Part shown: positions 1 to 11,085 of the stretch, piece after piece
Numbering within the stretch: the stretch's first letter is position 1
How the letters are laid out: the number at the start of each line of letters is the position of its first letter
Assembly (NCBI GenBank): GCA_002009975.1
Contig: MTLP01000042.1
Location: 128,001 to 192,000 of the forward strand
Source: Thermococcus sp. JdFR-02
GTDB lineage: Archaea > Methanobacteriota_B > Thermococci > Thermococcales > Thermococcaceae
Direction of reading: 5' to 3'
DNA length: 64,000 nt
Position numbers and translations under genes: made by a program
Notes under the pieces: model-generated
Seen by the model: only the letters and a program-made list of their open reading frames with translations
Database searches by the model: none
What the model was told of the DNA's origin: nothing

Positions 1-969
<969 letters not shown>

Positions 970-973
<4 letters not shown>

Positions 974-1527
974 CTAGAGATCTTTCTTTTTTCTGCCACT
1001 TCTTTTAGCTTTAAGTGAGCTCTTAAAAGCCTCTTTTTGATGATGCGCTCTGCTATGAGGAGATTCAAGATTTTCCCCAGAAAACCATAGCGAAGGGAGT
1101 AATATACGCTCTCAATACTGAGGGTCATGTTATTCACAGGGATGAAGTAGTGTTCATACCGCAATTTCTTTAAAAATGTGTTCTCTTCCAGCATCTCTCC
1201 GGAATATAAGTAGTTTTCTTTAAAGTCAACAATCCGATATTTTACCCACTTTCCTGCTCCTTTTTCGCGGGTGTAATAGATCATCCCCCTCTCCAATTTT
1301 CCATCACCTTCAGATTTAAACTCATATTCCGGCCAGAACAACACGTGATTGCTGATGTTGGACACGAGAGAAAAAACTTCCTCCACTCTCGCGTCAATAA
1401 GCACCGCTATCTTGACACAATGAGAGAAACCTCGCGGTGGTTTACACTCTAAAAACTCAACATGTGTATTTTTAAGCCTCTTGACAATTAAGTGAATTCT
1501 CTGCTGGTCGTATTTTTTCGAGTTCAT
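970..1527 (-). CDS. SRPBCC/START-like domain protein
   Basis: VLIDARVEEVFSLVSNISNHVLFWP is a typical SRPBCC N-terminus. Confidence 0.7.
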
Positions 1528-1628
1528 TTTCCACCGCCTTTATTCATCGAGCAGATTCATCTGTATTCTGATAAAATTAGAGGGATAACTTAAAAAAATG
1601 TAAAAAATATGCAAACAAATGGAAGGGA

Positions 1629-1919
1629 CTAACCTTCTAGAAGCTTTCTCTTCCTTTTTTCGTATTCTTCGTCGTCTATTTCTCCTCTTGCGTATCTCTC
1701 ATTAAGTATTTCTAGAGCAGTCTTTTTTGAAGCCGTTTTTGATGTTCCTTGTTCTAAAAGCCATTTAATTAATAGGACTACTCCCACAATTATTGCAACC
1801 CAGAATAGGAGCATAAATATAGCCCAGCCCCATCCTAAGAAGCCAAATCCCATCATATCGTGCCACCCCCATTCACCTTCTCCCATATGAACGAGATAAT
1901 CTCCAAAACTTTCAAACAT
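1629..1919 (-). CDS. SHOCT-domain membrane protein (Met/Gly/His-rich N-terminus)
   Basis: HMGEGEWGWHDMMG, one TM helix, ALEILNERYARGEIDDEEYEKRK SHOCT motif. Confidence 0.85.
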   Translation of the reverse strand: MFESFGDYLVHMGEGEWGWHDMMGFGFLGWGWAIFMLLFWVAIIVGVVLLIKWLLEQGTSKTASKKTALEILNERYARGEIDDEEYEKRKRKLLEG

Positions 1920-1967
1920 TATCTTTCACCATATATTACTCAGTTAGAAAACCTATAACCCTTATCT

Positions 1968-1982
1968 TTAACAAAGTGTAAA
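1968..1982. promoter_or_regulatory. putative CopR-type operator TTAACAAAGTGTAAA
   Basis: Same semi-palindrome and flanking CTTAT spacing upstream of three minus-strand metal-related genes (also 11039, 25213). Confidence 0.55.
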
Positions 1983-2061
1983 AAATAAGGGACAAATTTT
2001 GGATATCTAAAAGATATAATGTTATATTGGCTGAGAGTTAACATGCGCAAAACTTAAAACT

Positions 2062-2083
2062 GAGTTATTATTATTCATAACTC
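2062..2083. promoter_or_regulatory. inverted repeat GAGTTAT-N8-ATAACTC, candidate thiamine-regulon operator
   Basis: Perfect 7-bp inverted repeat between TATA and RBS of thi4; related sequence before thiM. Confidence 0.45.
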
Positions 2084-2092
2084 GGTGATAAC

Positions 2093-2881
2093 ATGGCAAA
2101 GATACTGGCAAAGGTTAGTGAAAAGGATGTAACCTCAGCTATAGTCGATACTTTCTACAGCATGCTTAGAGAATACACAGAATCAGACGTTATAATCGTA
2201 GGCGCAGGACCGAGTGGATTAACCGCCGCTAAAGAGCTTGCAAAAGCAGGTAAAAAGGTCTTAGTTATAGAAAGGAACAACTATCTTGGAGGAGGCTTTT
2301 GGATCGGAGGATTCTTAATGAACAAGATAACAGTAAGGGCACCAGCACAAGAAGTGTTAGAAGAACTTGGTGTTCCATATGAGGAATACACAGAAGGTCT
2401 CTACGTTGCAGATGGTCCTCATGCATGTTCAAAGCTTATTGGAGCAGCATGTGACGCGGGAGTGAAGTTCCTCAATATGACGAGCTTTGATGATGTTGTT
2501 ATAAGAGATGGGAAAGTTGCAGGTGTTGTGGTTAACTGGACTCCAGTTCAAGCTTTGCCAAGGCAAATAACCTGTGTTGACCCAATAGCTCTTGAGTCAA
2601 AGATTGTAATAGACGCTACCGGACACGATGCCTTTGTTGCCAAGAAGCTCGAAGAAAAAGGGCTCCTGAAGACGAGAGGACACGGCTCAATGTGGGTTGA
2701 GGAGAGCGAAGACGCGGTTATAAATCACACAAGTGAAGTTTATCCAGGACTTATAGTTACGGGAATGGCAGTTTCTACAGTTTTTGGGCTTCCAAGAATG
2801 GGGCCAACCTTTGGAGGAATGCTCTTAAGCGGAAAGAGAGCTGCTGAAGTGGCTTTAGAGAAGCTTAAAGAACTGGAGTGA
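2093..2881 (+). CDS. thi4: thiazole synthase Thi4 (Cys-type)
   Basis: [11 protein letters not shown] Rossmann motif, [33 protein letters not shown]. Confidence 0.95.
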   Translation: MAKILAKVSEKDVTSAIVDTFYSMLREYTESDVIIVGAGPSGLTAAKELAKAGKKVLVIERNNYLGGGFWIGGFLMNKITVRAPAQEVLEELGVPYEEYTEGLYVADGPHACSKLIGAACDAGVKFLNMTSFDDVVIRDGKVAGVVVNWTPVQALPRQITCVDPIALESKIVIDATGHDAFVAKKLEEKGLLKTRGHGSMWVEESEDAVINHTSEVYPGLIVTGMAVSTVFGLPRMGPTFGGMLLSGKRAAEVALEKLKELE

Positions 2882-3537
2882 TCCCAATGAAGATTTACGT
2901 TGAAGATTCCTTTTGGGACTCCTTTTTATTTTTTGAGGGGATTAGAAAGTTTTTCAGGTTCTCTGTAGAATTTAATCCCTATAAATTTAAAGACCCCTAT
3001 TTTCTAGCTTACATAAGAGTGAGGAACCCAAATAAGAGAGAATTTTACGAGCCCTTTCCGGTGGAAGTCGAGAACGAAAAGAGGGGTCTCATAAAAGGGG
3101 TTATCTATGATGGTGTGGAACTGCTGAGATATTTCTCTCGAGATGTTGATATCTCTGAGCCGACAGTTTTGATAACTAACAGGCTTATAGCCACATTTGG
3201 AGAAGATGGGCGATATCACCTTAGAATGATTGTAATAGGTCCTGCAGCGATAATTTCACTTAAGGGAATACTCTATGCTCCAGCAAAGCCTCTCCAATAT
3301 TATATGATGCATTCATTTGGATTTGATGAGAAAATTGATGTAAAGGTTGACAAAGTGTTGAAAATGCTCCTTCTTCAGTTCTATGCTTATTTTAAGCATG
3401 AAGAGATCTTTTGCGAGAGCGAGGAATGCATGCTCCACAATTGCCATACAACGGAAGAGATAAAGAAAGTGAAAGGGCTGTGTGAGAGGCATAGGAAGAT
3501 GTTTGGAGATAGTGTAAATTTAAGAGGACTATCATAG
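2878..3537 (+). CDS. putative archaemetzincin-like/DUF6775-type protein
   Basis: [17 protein letters not shown] and C-terminal [13 protein letters not shown]...LCERH Cys cluster; no HExxH. Confidence 0.5.
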   Translation: MIPMKIYVEDSFWDSFLFFEGIRKFFRFSVEFNPYKFKDPYFLAYIRVRNPNKREFYEPFPVEVENEKRGLIKGVIYDGVELLRYFSRDVDISEPTVLITNRLIATFGEDGRYHLRMIVIGPAAIISLKGILYAPAKPLQYYMMHSFGFDEKIDVKVDKVLKMLLLQFYAYFKHEEIFCESEECMLHNCHTTEEIKKVKGLCERHRKMFGDSVNLRGLS

Positions 3538-3743
3538 AATGTGTGAGAAAGGGTAACATAGAGTTAATGCTCGTTGCCATGATTTTAAAGATGCTACCTT
3601 TAGAATTAACTAAATTTTTAAGTTTTAAATACTACTCAAAGTTTTATTAAATTCATTTTCTTAGATTTTAGAAAAGAAGCTTTTTGAAGACTTACTTTTT
3701 TTTTAGAAATTTACTAACTTCAAATTATTAACTATAAGTTTAC

Positions 3744-3757
3744 GAAAAATTTAAGTA
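3744..3757 (+). promoter_or_regulatory. BRE/TATA promoter of RiPP cluster 1
   Basis: GAAAAA-TTTAAGTA ending ~65 nt upstream of the precursor ATG. Confidence 0.5.
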
Positions 3758-3820
3758 TAAGTACAACTTAAGAAAGTATGCTGAGGTAACGATGAAGCGG
3801 ATAAAAATGGAGGGGGCACT

Positions 3821-3937
3821 ATGCCAGAGCGTCAGGAAGAGGTGATAGTGTTAGAATTTGGAAATCCCTCCTTTGGGGAACCCAACTTTGTGTGCGGTTT
3901 ATGCGGATTTTGTGGCGCATTTCCACTTCCGACCTGA
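3821..3937 (+). CDS. RiPP precursor peptide, 38 aa: MPERQEEVIVLEFGNPSFGEPNFVCGLCGFCGAFPLPT
   Basis: Translated by hand (not in ORF track); GGAGGGGG RBS; acidic leader plus CxxCxxC core; directly upstream of rSAM/SPASM gene. Confidence 0.85.
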   Translation: MPERQEEVIVLEFGNPSFGEPNFVCGLCGFCGAFPLPT

Positions 3938-3942
3938 GCCCC

Positions 3943-3954
3943 TTTTTATTTTTT
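3943..3954 (+). terminator. oligo-T tract after precursor (possible partial terminator)
   Basis: TTTTTATTTTTT starting 6 nt after the stop codon; archaeal intrinsic terminators are U-rich. Confidence 0.45.
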
Positions 3955-3990
3955 ATGTATTCAAAAAACCAGATAAAGGAGGGAAAAATC

Positions 3991-5292
3991 ATGGTGGATT
4001 ATACTTTATCAAAATATGTTATAGAAACCGATTATAATGGATACGTAGTCCTTTATCATCTAATCTATACTCATATAATAGGACTATCAAGAGAAACATA
4101 TTTGAATATCAAAACGGGAAAATCTGAAGAAGTCAAAGAAAAGACTCTCCAACAGCTAATTGATCTGGGCTTTCTTGTACCATCAACTGTTGATGAAAAG
4201 GAGATTGTAAAGCTTAAGATGAACTCATTAAAATACACTCCACTTCAGATGGGGATATTTGTAAGTCTAACATCTGCATGCAATCTTAAGTGTCCATATT
4301 GTTATCAATCCATGAGAAATGATACAAAATATCTTACTGTTGAAAAATGGAAGGTGTTATACAAGTACATTACTAAACATCAGGACATTGTAAAAGCTTT
4401 AGCAATAGCTCTATTTGGAGGAGAACCTCTCATGAACTATGATATTGCAAAAGAGATCTGTAAAGACGTTAAAAAGTTGAGAGTTAATGGGATTCATACT
4501 AGTATAGCTCTTGTGACTAATGGCACCCTATTTACAAAGGAAGTTGGGGAAGAACTCTCAGATTACTTAGAGAATGTTCAGATAACAATAGATGGTATGC
4601 AAGGAGAACATGACAAACTTAGACCTCTTCCAAATGGCAAAAGTAGTTTTGAAATAATAATTAAAAATCTAATTGATAACATAGATCTTTATAAAGATAG
4701 AATTGTCCTTCGTTCGAATATCACTGAGGAAAACATAGAATCAGTTAAAACTTTATTAAAATACCTAAAAGAAGAAGTTGGGATTATGAACAAGATAAAA
4801 GAGGTTGATTTCAGGTATATCTATCCCTCTCAAAATGATATATTTGATGGTGCAATATATCGATTAGACAGTCATGTTTCAAAAATGTTGCTAGAGATGT
4901 ATAAATATGCCACAGAGCTTGGCTATAAAATTGCCAATCCCTTGCTATCTGTCGCACCTTGTATGGCATCTCATGCATTTAGTTTCGCAGTGGATGAAAA
5001 TCTGAACGTATACAAATGTGGAGGATTCCTATATTCTACTCCCGATGGGTATATCTCTCCTGATGGAAAGTTGGTAATAACGAATCCTAGATGGTACAAA
5101 TTAATAAACTTCGAACCTGTCTGTGTTAATACATGTAAGTTCGCCCCTGTGTGCTATGGAGGATGTAAATGGATGGGAATTATGAATAATTTTAAAGGTA
5201 CATGCAACATTGAGCACTTCAAGGATCTCAAAGAGTTCTTGAGGATATACGTTAATTCAAATTACAAAAGACAACTGGAGGTAATGCAATGA
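3991..5292 (+). CDS. radical SAM/SPASM peptide maturase with N-terminal RRE-like domain
   Basis: CNLKCPYC, FGGEPL; SPASM Cys CMAS..YKC..CVNTCKFAPVCYGGC..C; N-terminal VVLYHL...LQQLIDLGFLV; GGAGG RBS favours ATG 3991. Confidence 0.92.
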   Translation: MVDYTLSKYVIETDYNGYVVLYHLIYTHIIGLSRETYLNIKTGKSEEVKEKTLQQLIDLGFLVPSTVDEKEIVKLKMNSLKYTPLQMGIFVSLTSACNLKCPYCYQSMRNDTKYLTVEKWKVLYKYITKHQDIVKALAIALFGGEPLMNYDIAKEICKDVKKLRVNGIHTSIALVTNGTLFTKEVGEELSDYLENVQITIDGMQGEHDKLRPLPNGKSSFEIIIKNLIDNIDLYKDRIVLRSNITEENIESVKTLLKYLKEEVGIMNKIKEVDFRYIYPSQNDIFDGAIYRLDSHVSKMLLEMYKYATELGYKIANPLLSVAPCMASHAFSFAVDENLNVYKCGGFLYSTPDGYISPDGKLVITNPRWYKLINFEPVCVNTCKFAPVCYGGCKWMGIMNNFKGTCNIEHFKDLKEFLRIYVNSNYKRQLEVMQ

Positions 5293-6212
5293 AAAAAATT
5301 ATCAATATTGAAAATCTCACTAAAATTTATCCAAATGGCAAAAGAGCTAATGATAATATAACAATGTTTGTAAGAAAAGGGGAAATAGTGGGCTTAATCG
5401 GACCAAATGGTGCAGGAAAAACCACACTGATACGGCAGATTCTAGGACTTTTAAAACCAACAAAAGGTAAGATAGAAGTTATGGGAATCAACGTTTCAAA
5501 GAAACCAGAAAAAATTAGGGGGATTGTTGGATATGTCCCCCAATACCCCTTATATTATCCCTCCTTAACTGTTGAGGAAATTCTACACTACATTTTGCTC
5601 ATGAAAGGCATTAAAGATAAAAAAGAGCTTGAAGAAAAACTCAATAATGTTTTGAAATTAACAAACCTCGATTCAGCAAGAAAATTCTATGGTTACCAAC
5701 TTTCCGGAGGGATGATGAAATCTCTTCTTTTATCTATGGCATTAATACAAGAACCCCAGCTTTTAATTTTAGATGAACCAACTAGCATGGTCGACATAAA
5801 TACTAAGTTTAGAATATGGGGAACTATACAGAAAAACAAAAGAAAAGGAGTTCTTTTAGCAAGCCATGACCTAAATGAAGTAAAGAGAATTTGTGATAGA
5901 ATATACGTTATTATCAACGGAAAAATTATTGCAAGTGGAACAACTGGAGAGATTTCAAAGCTATTAAAAACGCCAACAGAGATAAGACTGATTCCTCAGG
6001 AGACCCAAGAGTTTAAGCACCTCATGGAAGAGCTTAACATCATGGGTGAAAAAAAAGGAAATATTTATGAAATGGCTTTTGAAGATCTTGAAAGTGCTTT
6101 AAATGCCATTCAACACATTTTGAAGACTTCGGGGATTGAATATCTCGAGGTGAATTCTCCATCATTCGAAAAAGCAATAATGACGCTCATTGGAGGTGGA
6201 AATAATGATTAA
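5289..6212 (+). CDS. ABC exporter ATP-binding subunit
   Basis: GPNGAGKT, LSGGM, LILDEPT. Confidence 0.95.
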   Translation: MKKIINIENLTKIYPNGKRANDNITMFVRKGEIVGLIGPNGAGKTTLIRQILGLLKPTKGKIEVMGINVSKKPEKIRGIVGYVPQYPLYYPSLTVEEILHYILLMKGIKDKKELEEKLNNVLKLTNLDSARKFYGYQLSGGMMKSLLLSMALIQEPQLLILDEPTSMVDINTKFRIWGTIQKNKRKGVLLASHDLNEVKRICDRIYVIINGKIIASGTTGEISKLLKTPTEIRLIPQETQEFKHLMEELNIMGEKKGNIYEMAFEDLESALNAIQHILKTSGIEYLEVNSPSFEKAIMTLIGGGNND

Positions 6213-6915
6213 GGCTTTGATCTTAATGGAACTTAAAGGCATGAGGATTTACATGTTGCAGATAATTGTAAGCCTGTTTGTAGTACCCTTGTCCTTTCTG
6301 GCGCTTATCCTTCTGAATTCAAAGGAGGCTCCAAGTACTTTCAAGGCATATCTCATTTCGGGATTTATAGTAATATCTTTTGTTGGGTTGTTGCTACTAA
6401 TGCTGTCATTTAGAGTTAGTACAGTGTTTGAACCGAGGTTTTTAGAGCTATATTCAACCTTGCCGGTGAGTATTGAAAAAGTTGTATTATCAATGTTCCT
6501 AGCGTATGTTCTTTTGGGGGTACCCCAAACACTTATTGCTTTACTTCTGCTTATTAAATATTCCAGCACCATTAACATCCCACTTCTTCTGACATCATTT
6601 GCATTAATTGCTGGGGAACTTGGAAGTATTGCAATAGTTTTGGGAGCAACAATTAGGAACCCATATAAGGTTCAGGCATTCACAAGTATTTTGCCATGGA
6701 TACTAACACTACTTTCACCAGCATATTACAAATCATCCTCCAAAATATTGCTGTTGAATCCAATAACTCATCTTCTAAACGTTCTAAGGGCGTCTTTAGC
6801 ACTTGAAAAACTTTCCATGACCTCTTTAGCATTTTCTGTGGTTTTAACTATTGTGTTGTGTATCTATACTGATAAACAACTGAGGAAACCCTATATGCTA
6901 GAAAAACCCTTTTAA
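6205..6915 (+). CDS. ABC-2 type exporter permease
   Basis: About six TM segments, LLNPITHLLNVLR; overlaps the ATPase gene. Confidence 0.85.
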   Translation: MIKALILMELKGMRIYMLQIIVSLFVVPLSFLALILLNSKEAPSTFKAYLISGFIVISFVGLLLLMLSFRVSTVFEPRFLELYSTLPVSIEKVVLSMFLAYVLLGVPQTLIALLLLIKYSSTINIPLLLTSFALIAGELGSIAIVLGATIRNPYKVQAFTSILPWILTLLSPAYYKSSSKILLLNPITHLLNVLRASLALEKLSMTSLAFSVVLTIVLCIYTDKQLRKPYMLEKPF

Positions 6916-6935
6916 GTTTCTCCTTTTTATTTACA

Positions 6936-7280
6936 TTGTGGGATAACCCATGTGAAGATTGCTCTCTAAAAGAGCATGTGTGCTGTGTCGTGCCGTTATT
7001 GAACCTGCCAATATTGAATCCAGCTCCTGTCCAACTTGGCACGCTCAGCATGGCGTTTTCTGTAATGACGGGATTATTCTTAAGTGGGCCTGTGAGCAGG
7101 GAAAAAGCGTTTGGGATTTTAGAGATCCTGCTCTCGGCGCCAGTCTGTCCCGCTGAGATTCTGTTCTCAAAAGCCATGGGGACTTCCGCATACGGCTTTA
7201 TCGTGATAACCATTGGGCTTGACTCAGGTGCTTTGTATTATAAGCACTTTGATATGGCAAAGGGGTTACCTTCTTCATAG
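6936..7280 (+). pseudogene. ABC-2 permease fragment
   Basis: SREKAFGILEILLSAPVCPAEILFSKA resembles the permease motif at 17787-18593; truncated, no RBS. Confidence 0.6.
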
Positions 7281-7512
7281 CGTTTTTTGCCCCTCTTTAC
7301 CTCCCCGAATACTATCATGGCAATCACCTTTAATTAAGCACAATCTTTTCACCCAACCTTTTCCCTAGTCCTTTTATTATTGCAAGCGAAGCCAAGAATG
7401 CACCCGCGGACAGCAACAGGGAAATTGCTAATGCCATGGATAAAGAAAGTCCAACCCCAAAAAACTCAAAAACGTTAGCAAAAGTATAAAAGGCAGGAAA
7501 GTTTTAACTGGA

Positions 7513-8354
7513 GTGAGTTTCGCATCAAAAAGTGGGGAAGTACACGCTTACTTGGGACACAATGGGGCTGGAAAGACTACTACATTCCGACTTATTCTGG
7601 GGATATTAGTCCCCGATGAAGGGTGCATTAGTGTGTTAGGAGTTAATCCTGCGGAAAATCCTGAGGTTAAGGCCCAAATTGGCTACCTCCCAGAGTATGA
7701 CCCTTTGTATCCAGACTTGACTGTTTGAGACAACTTAAAACGCTACGCTTTACTGAAAGGAGTTTATGATGAGAAGGAGCTACGGGACTTGTTGGAACTC
7801 TTTGAGATTAAAGAGTATGCTAAAAAAGAAGGTTTCAACCCTCTCAAACGGGACTCAGCGGAGGGTTGCAATAGCGAGGACTTTTATTGGAAGGCCCAAA
7901 ATCCTCCTTATAGACTGAAACAATGAAGGATTTGGACCCAGAATGGCGCTTGAGATTTAAGCACTTCTTAGAAAAGTACGTGAAAAAGGAGAAGGCCGCG
8001 GCTTTGTTCTCCACACATATTCTGAGCGATGTTGATGAGATATGTGAAAAGCTGACGGTGATAAAAGATGGGCGTGTATTATTCCCCGGAAGCTTAGAAG
8101 AACTTAAAAAGCATTTTTCATTTGAAGAGAGTGTTCTCATCAAAGTGCAGGAAGTCAGAAAGGCATTAGAGCTACTTAAACAATTCGGTTATTCTCCAAA
8201 ACTCACAAACAACTTTATCCTACTTAAAAATGCAGAACCGCCTGAAATTAACAAGCTCTTAGTAAAGAACGGAATAACAGTTGAAGAAATAAAAAAGAAG
8301 GGACTCACTTTAGAAACATTATACTCAACACTCTATGGCAGACATAAACATTAG
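7513..8354 (+). pseudogene. ABC ATPase pseudogene
   Basis: Walker A GHNGAGKT, in-frame TGA at 7726-7728, frameshift near 7825 into LSNGTQRRVAIAR..LLID*, further shift into DLDPEWR..FSTHILSDVDEIC. Confidence 0.85.
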
Positions 8355-8406
8355 CAGATTAACAAATGCTGAAATATTAAAAAGAAAAAATTCAGAGACT
8401 CAGCCG

Positions 8407-10527
8407 TCAAACTTTCAAAAACCTCGCATTTATTGCAACTATAACTGTGCTTAGGCTCATTAACAAAGCACCTACCGCTGGGCTTAATAGTATCCCATAG
8501 TTGTAAAGCGTTCCCGCTGCCAGAGGAATCGCAAATGTGTTGTAGCCTGTTGCCCATGCCAAGTTCTGCACCATTTTTCCATAGGTTGCCCTTGCAAGGT
8601 GTATTGCCGTTATGACGTCTCTTGGATCGTTTTTAACCAAGATTATGTCAGCACTTTCTATTGCCACATCAGTTCCTGCTCCAATTGCTACCCCAACGTC
8701 CGCTTGAATCAAAGCAGGAGCATCGTTTATTCCATCTCCAACCATTGCCACGATGAAGCCTTTTTCTTGAAGCTCCTTAACTTTCTCCGACTTTTGATGG
8801 GGCAAGACCTCTGCAAAGTAGCCATCCAGGCCAAGCTCCTCGGCAACCCACTTTGCAACTTTAGCGTTGTCTCCTGTGAGCATGTAAGCTTTAATTCCCA
8901 TCTCGTGGAGTCTCTTTATAGCTTCTCTCGATTCTGGTCTTATCTTATCGGCTAAAGCTAAAGCACCAGCTAGCTTTCCATCGATAACTAAAAACACCAC
9001 TGTCTTTCCTTGCTCCAAGACCTTATTAACACGCTCATCCTCTTTCCAGAGTCCGTTTTCCTTAAGAAAGCCAGGACTTACAACAAGAATCTCTTTGCCG
9101 TTAATAACTCCCTGAACACCTTTGCCAGGTAGTACTTTAGATTGTTCAACCTCATAGAGCTCAAGTCCAAGTTCCTTTGCTTTTTCCACTATCCCCTGTG
9201 CTATTGGATGTGATGAATGTCCCTCAAGGGCAGCTGCATATTTTAAAATCTCATTGTCTTCAAGTTCATCCAATGGAATTATATCCGTTACCTCAAACTT
9301 TCCTTCGGTCAAAGTTCCTGTCTTGTCAAAAACAACTACCTGAACATCTTTTGCCCTCTCAAAGGCTTCTCTGTTCCTAATGAGTATTCCCTTCCTCGCT
9401 GATATTGACGTCGACACTGAGACCACTAGAGGAACAGCCAGTCCCAAAGCGTGGGGGCATGTAATTACCATCACAGTGACCATTCTCTCGAGAGCGAACA
9501 CAAAGGGCTTCCCTAAGTAGAGCCAAGTACCGAGAGTCGCACTTCCAGCGGTTATTGCAATGAGTGTAAGCCAAAACGCTGCTCTATTGGCTAAATCTTG
9601 AGTCCTTGACCTTGTCTCTTGTGCCTGTCTTACAAGCTCGACGACCTGCATGAGGTAGGTGTCCTTACCCGTCTTCTCAATCCTTACTTTAATCGAGCCC
9701 TCTAAGTTTATTGAACCACCAATAACAATGGCACCTGGTTTCTTATAGACGGGCTTTGACTCACCGGTAAGCATCGCCTCGTTTACGCTCGTCTCTCCCT
9801 CAATTATGATGCCATCAGAAGGTATCTTCTCGCCGGGCTTGACCAAAACTATATCTCCCTTCTTGAGCTCGCTCACTGGAACATCTTTTATTCCCTCAGG
9901 AGTTATTAGGTGAGCATCAGTTGGCATGAGCTTTATTAGCTCCTCTAAAGCCCTTGAAGCACCGAGAACAGAGCGCATCTCTATGTAATGCCCCAAAAGC
10001 ATGATGTCAATAAGCGTTGCAAGCTCCCAATAGAACGTCTTTCCGGGCAAACCAAAGGTTACTGCAGCACTGTAGGAAAAGGCAACCGTGATTGCCAAAG
10101 CTATTAGCGTCATCATTCCTGGGGTTTTCTTCTTAAATTCATCTCTCATTCCTGTTAGGAACGGCTTTCCGCCGTAGAAGTAGACCACCGCCGACAGTGT
10201 GAAGAGGACATACCTATCACCAGGGAAAGTGAATGTAAAGCCAAGGAACTTTTGAATCAGCGGAGATAGGAGCAGTATCGGAATCGTAAGTATGGTAGAA
10301 ATTATAAATCTCCTCTTGAAGTCCTCCATCATCATTTTATGGTGCTCTGCATGCGAATGCTTGTGCTCTCCGTGCTCATGATTTATGTGTTCATGCTTTT
10401 CTTCCTCCATCTCGTGTCTATGCATTTCATGATGTTCATGCTTTTTGCTTTCCTCATGTTGATGCATTCTCATTTCTTTGTGTTCTTCATGCATGTGCTC
10501 TTTGTGTATTTCTTTTTCATCTTCCAT
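8407..10527 (-). CDS. copB: copper-exporting P1B-3 ATPase (CopB type)
   Basis: His/Met-rich N-terminus, CPH in TM6, DKTGTLT, GDGINDAP, YN/MSLST. Confidence 0.93.
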   Translation of the reverse strand: MEDEKEIHKEHMHEEHKEMRMHQHEESKKHEHHEMHRHEMEEEKHEHINHEHGEHKHSHAEHHKMMMEDFKRRFIISTILTIPILLLSPLIQKFLGFTFTFPGDRYVLFTLSAVVYFYGGKPFLTGMRDEFKKKTPGMMTLIALAITVAFSYSAAVTFGLPGKTFYWELATLIDIMLLGHYIEMRSVLGASRALEELIKLMPTDAHLITPEGIKDVPVSELKKGDIVLVKPGEKIPSDGIIIEGETSVNEAMLTGESKPVYKKPGAIVIGGSINLEGSIKVRIEKTGKDTYLMQVVELVRQAQETRSRTQDLANRAAFWLTLIAITAGSATLGTWLYLGKPFVFALERMVTVMVITCPHALGLAVPLVVSVSTSISARKGILIRNREAFERAKDVQVVVFDKTGTLTEGKFEVTDIIPLDELEDNEILKYAAALEGHSSHPIAQGIVEKAKELGLELYEVEQSKVLPGKGVQGVINGKEILVVSPGFLKENGLWKEDERVNKVLEQGKTVVFLVIDGKLAGALALADKIRPESREAIKRLHEMGIKAYMLTGDNAKVAKWVAEELGLDGYFAEVLPHQKSEKVKELQEKGFIVAMVGDGINDAPALIQADVGVAIGAGTDVAIESADIILVKNDPRDVITAIHLARATYGKMVQNLAWATGYNTFAIPLAAGTLYNYGILLSPAVGALLMSLSTVIVAINARFLKV

Positions 10528-10595
10528 ATTACTCACCACCATTAGGTTTTAATTCTCAAACTTTAATAACATTTTTAACCAAAAGAATGAAAAAG

Positions 10596-10976
10596 TTAAA
10601 TTTTATCAACAACTTTTTTCAAAATCTCTTCAATTTGTCCAGCAACTTTTAATAACCTCTCATTTTCTGCCACTTCCATAGCTTTCGTTAGAAGTAGGGG
10701 GCTTACGTAAGTTTTCTCGTCTTTAGTGTAAACTAAAAGATTGCATGGTAAAAATGCTCCACTGTCATAGTCGATTTCCATGAGCTGACTTGAAAATTTT
10801 GGATTGCATGCACCTAAGATGACGTATTTCTCCATATCTAAGTCAAGCTTCTCTTTAAAGAGCTTATCAATCCTTATCTCACTCAGTACTCCAAAACCTT
10901 CCTTTTTGAGCTCCTCTTTGACTTTATCAACTGCTTCTTCAAAGCTCAGTTTGGTCTCTTTCTTATAGACATACAT
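10596..10976 (-). CDS. DUF302 family protein
   Basis: GFGVLSEI, YVILGACNP, LPCN motifs. Confidence 0.85.
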   Translation of the reverse strand: MYVYKKETKLSFEEAVDKVKEELKKEGFGVLSEIRIDKLFKEKLDLDMEKYVILGACNPKFSSQLMEIDYDSGAFLPCNLLVYTKDEKTYVSPLLLTKAMEVAENERLLKVAGQIEEILKKVVDKI

Positions 10977-11038
10977 TTCACATCACCTACTTTATTATCC
11001 ATGATTATTTTTAATTTGAAAAGCTAATAGGCTTATTA

Positions 11039-11053
11039 TTGTCAAAGTTGAAA
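11039..11053. promoter_or_regulatory. putative CopR-type operator TTGTCAAAGTTGAAA
   Basis: Part of a ~70-bp upstream element similar to 25189-25260. Confidence 0.55.
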
Positions 11054-11085
11054 GTAGAAAAGGACAAAATTTTCAAAAATGAAAA

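Noticed and set aside
3792-3845. Short ORF MKRIKMEGALCQSVRKR overlapping the cluster-1 precursor start
   Set aside because: Different frame, no precursor-like features; the 3821 ORF has the better RBS and the Cys core
3892-3990. N-terminal extension of the rSAM in the ORF track
   Set aside because: Overlaps the precursor gene and T-tract; the GGAGG RBS supports ATG 3991
10339-10545. Repetitive sequence and hydrophobic Met-rich plus-strand ORF
   Set aside because: Antisense shadow of the His/Glu-rich N-terminus of CopB; not a CRISPR array or independent repeat
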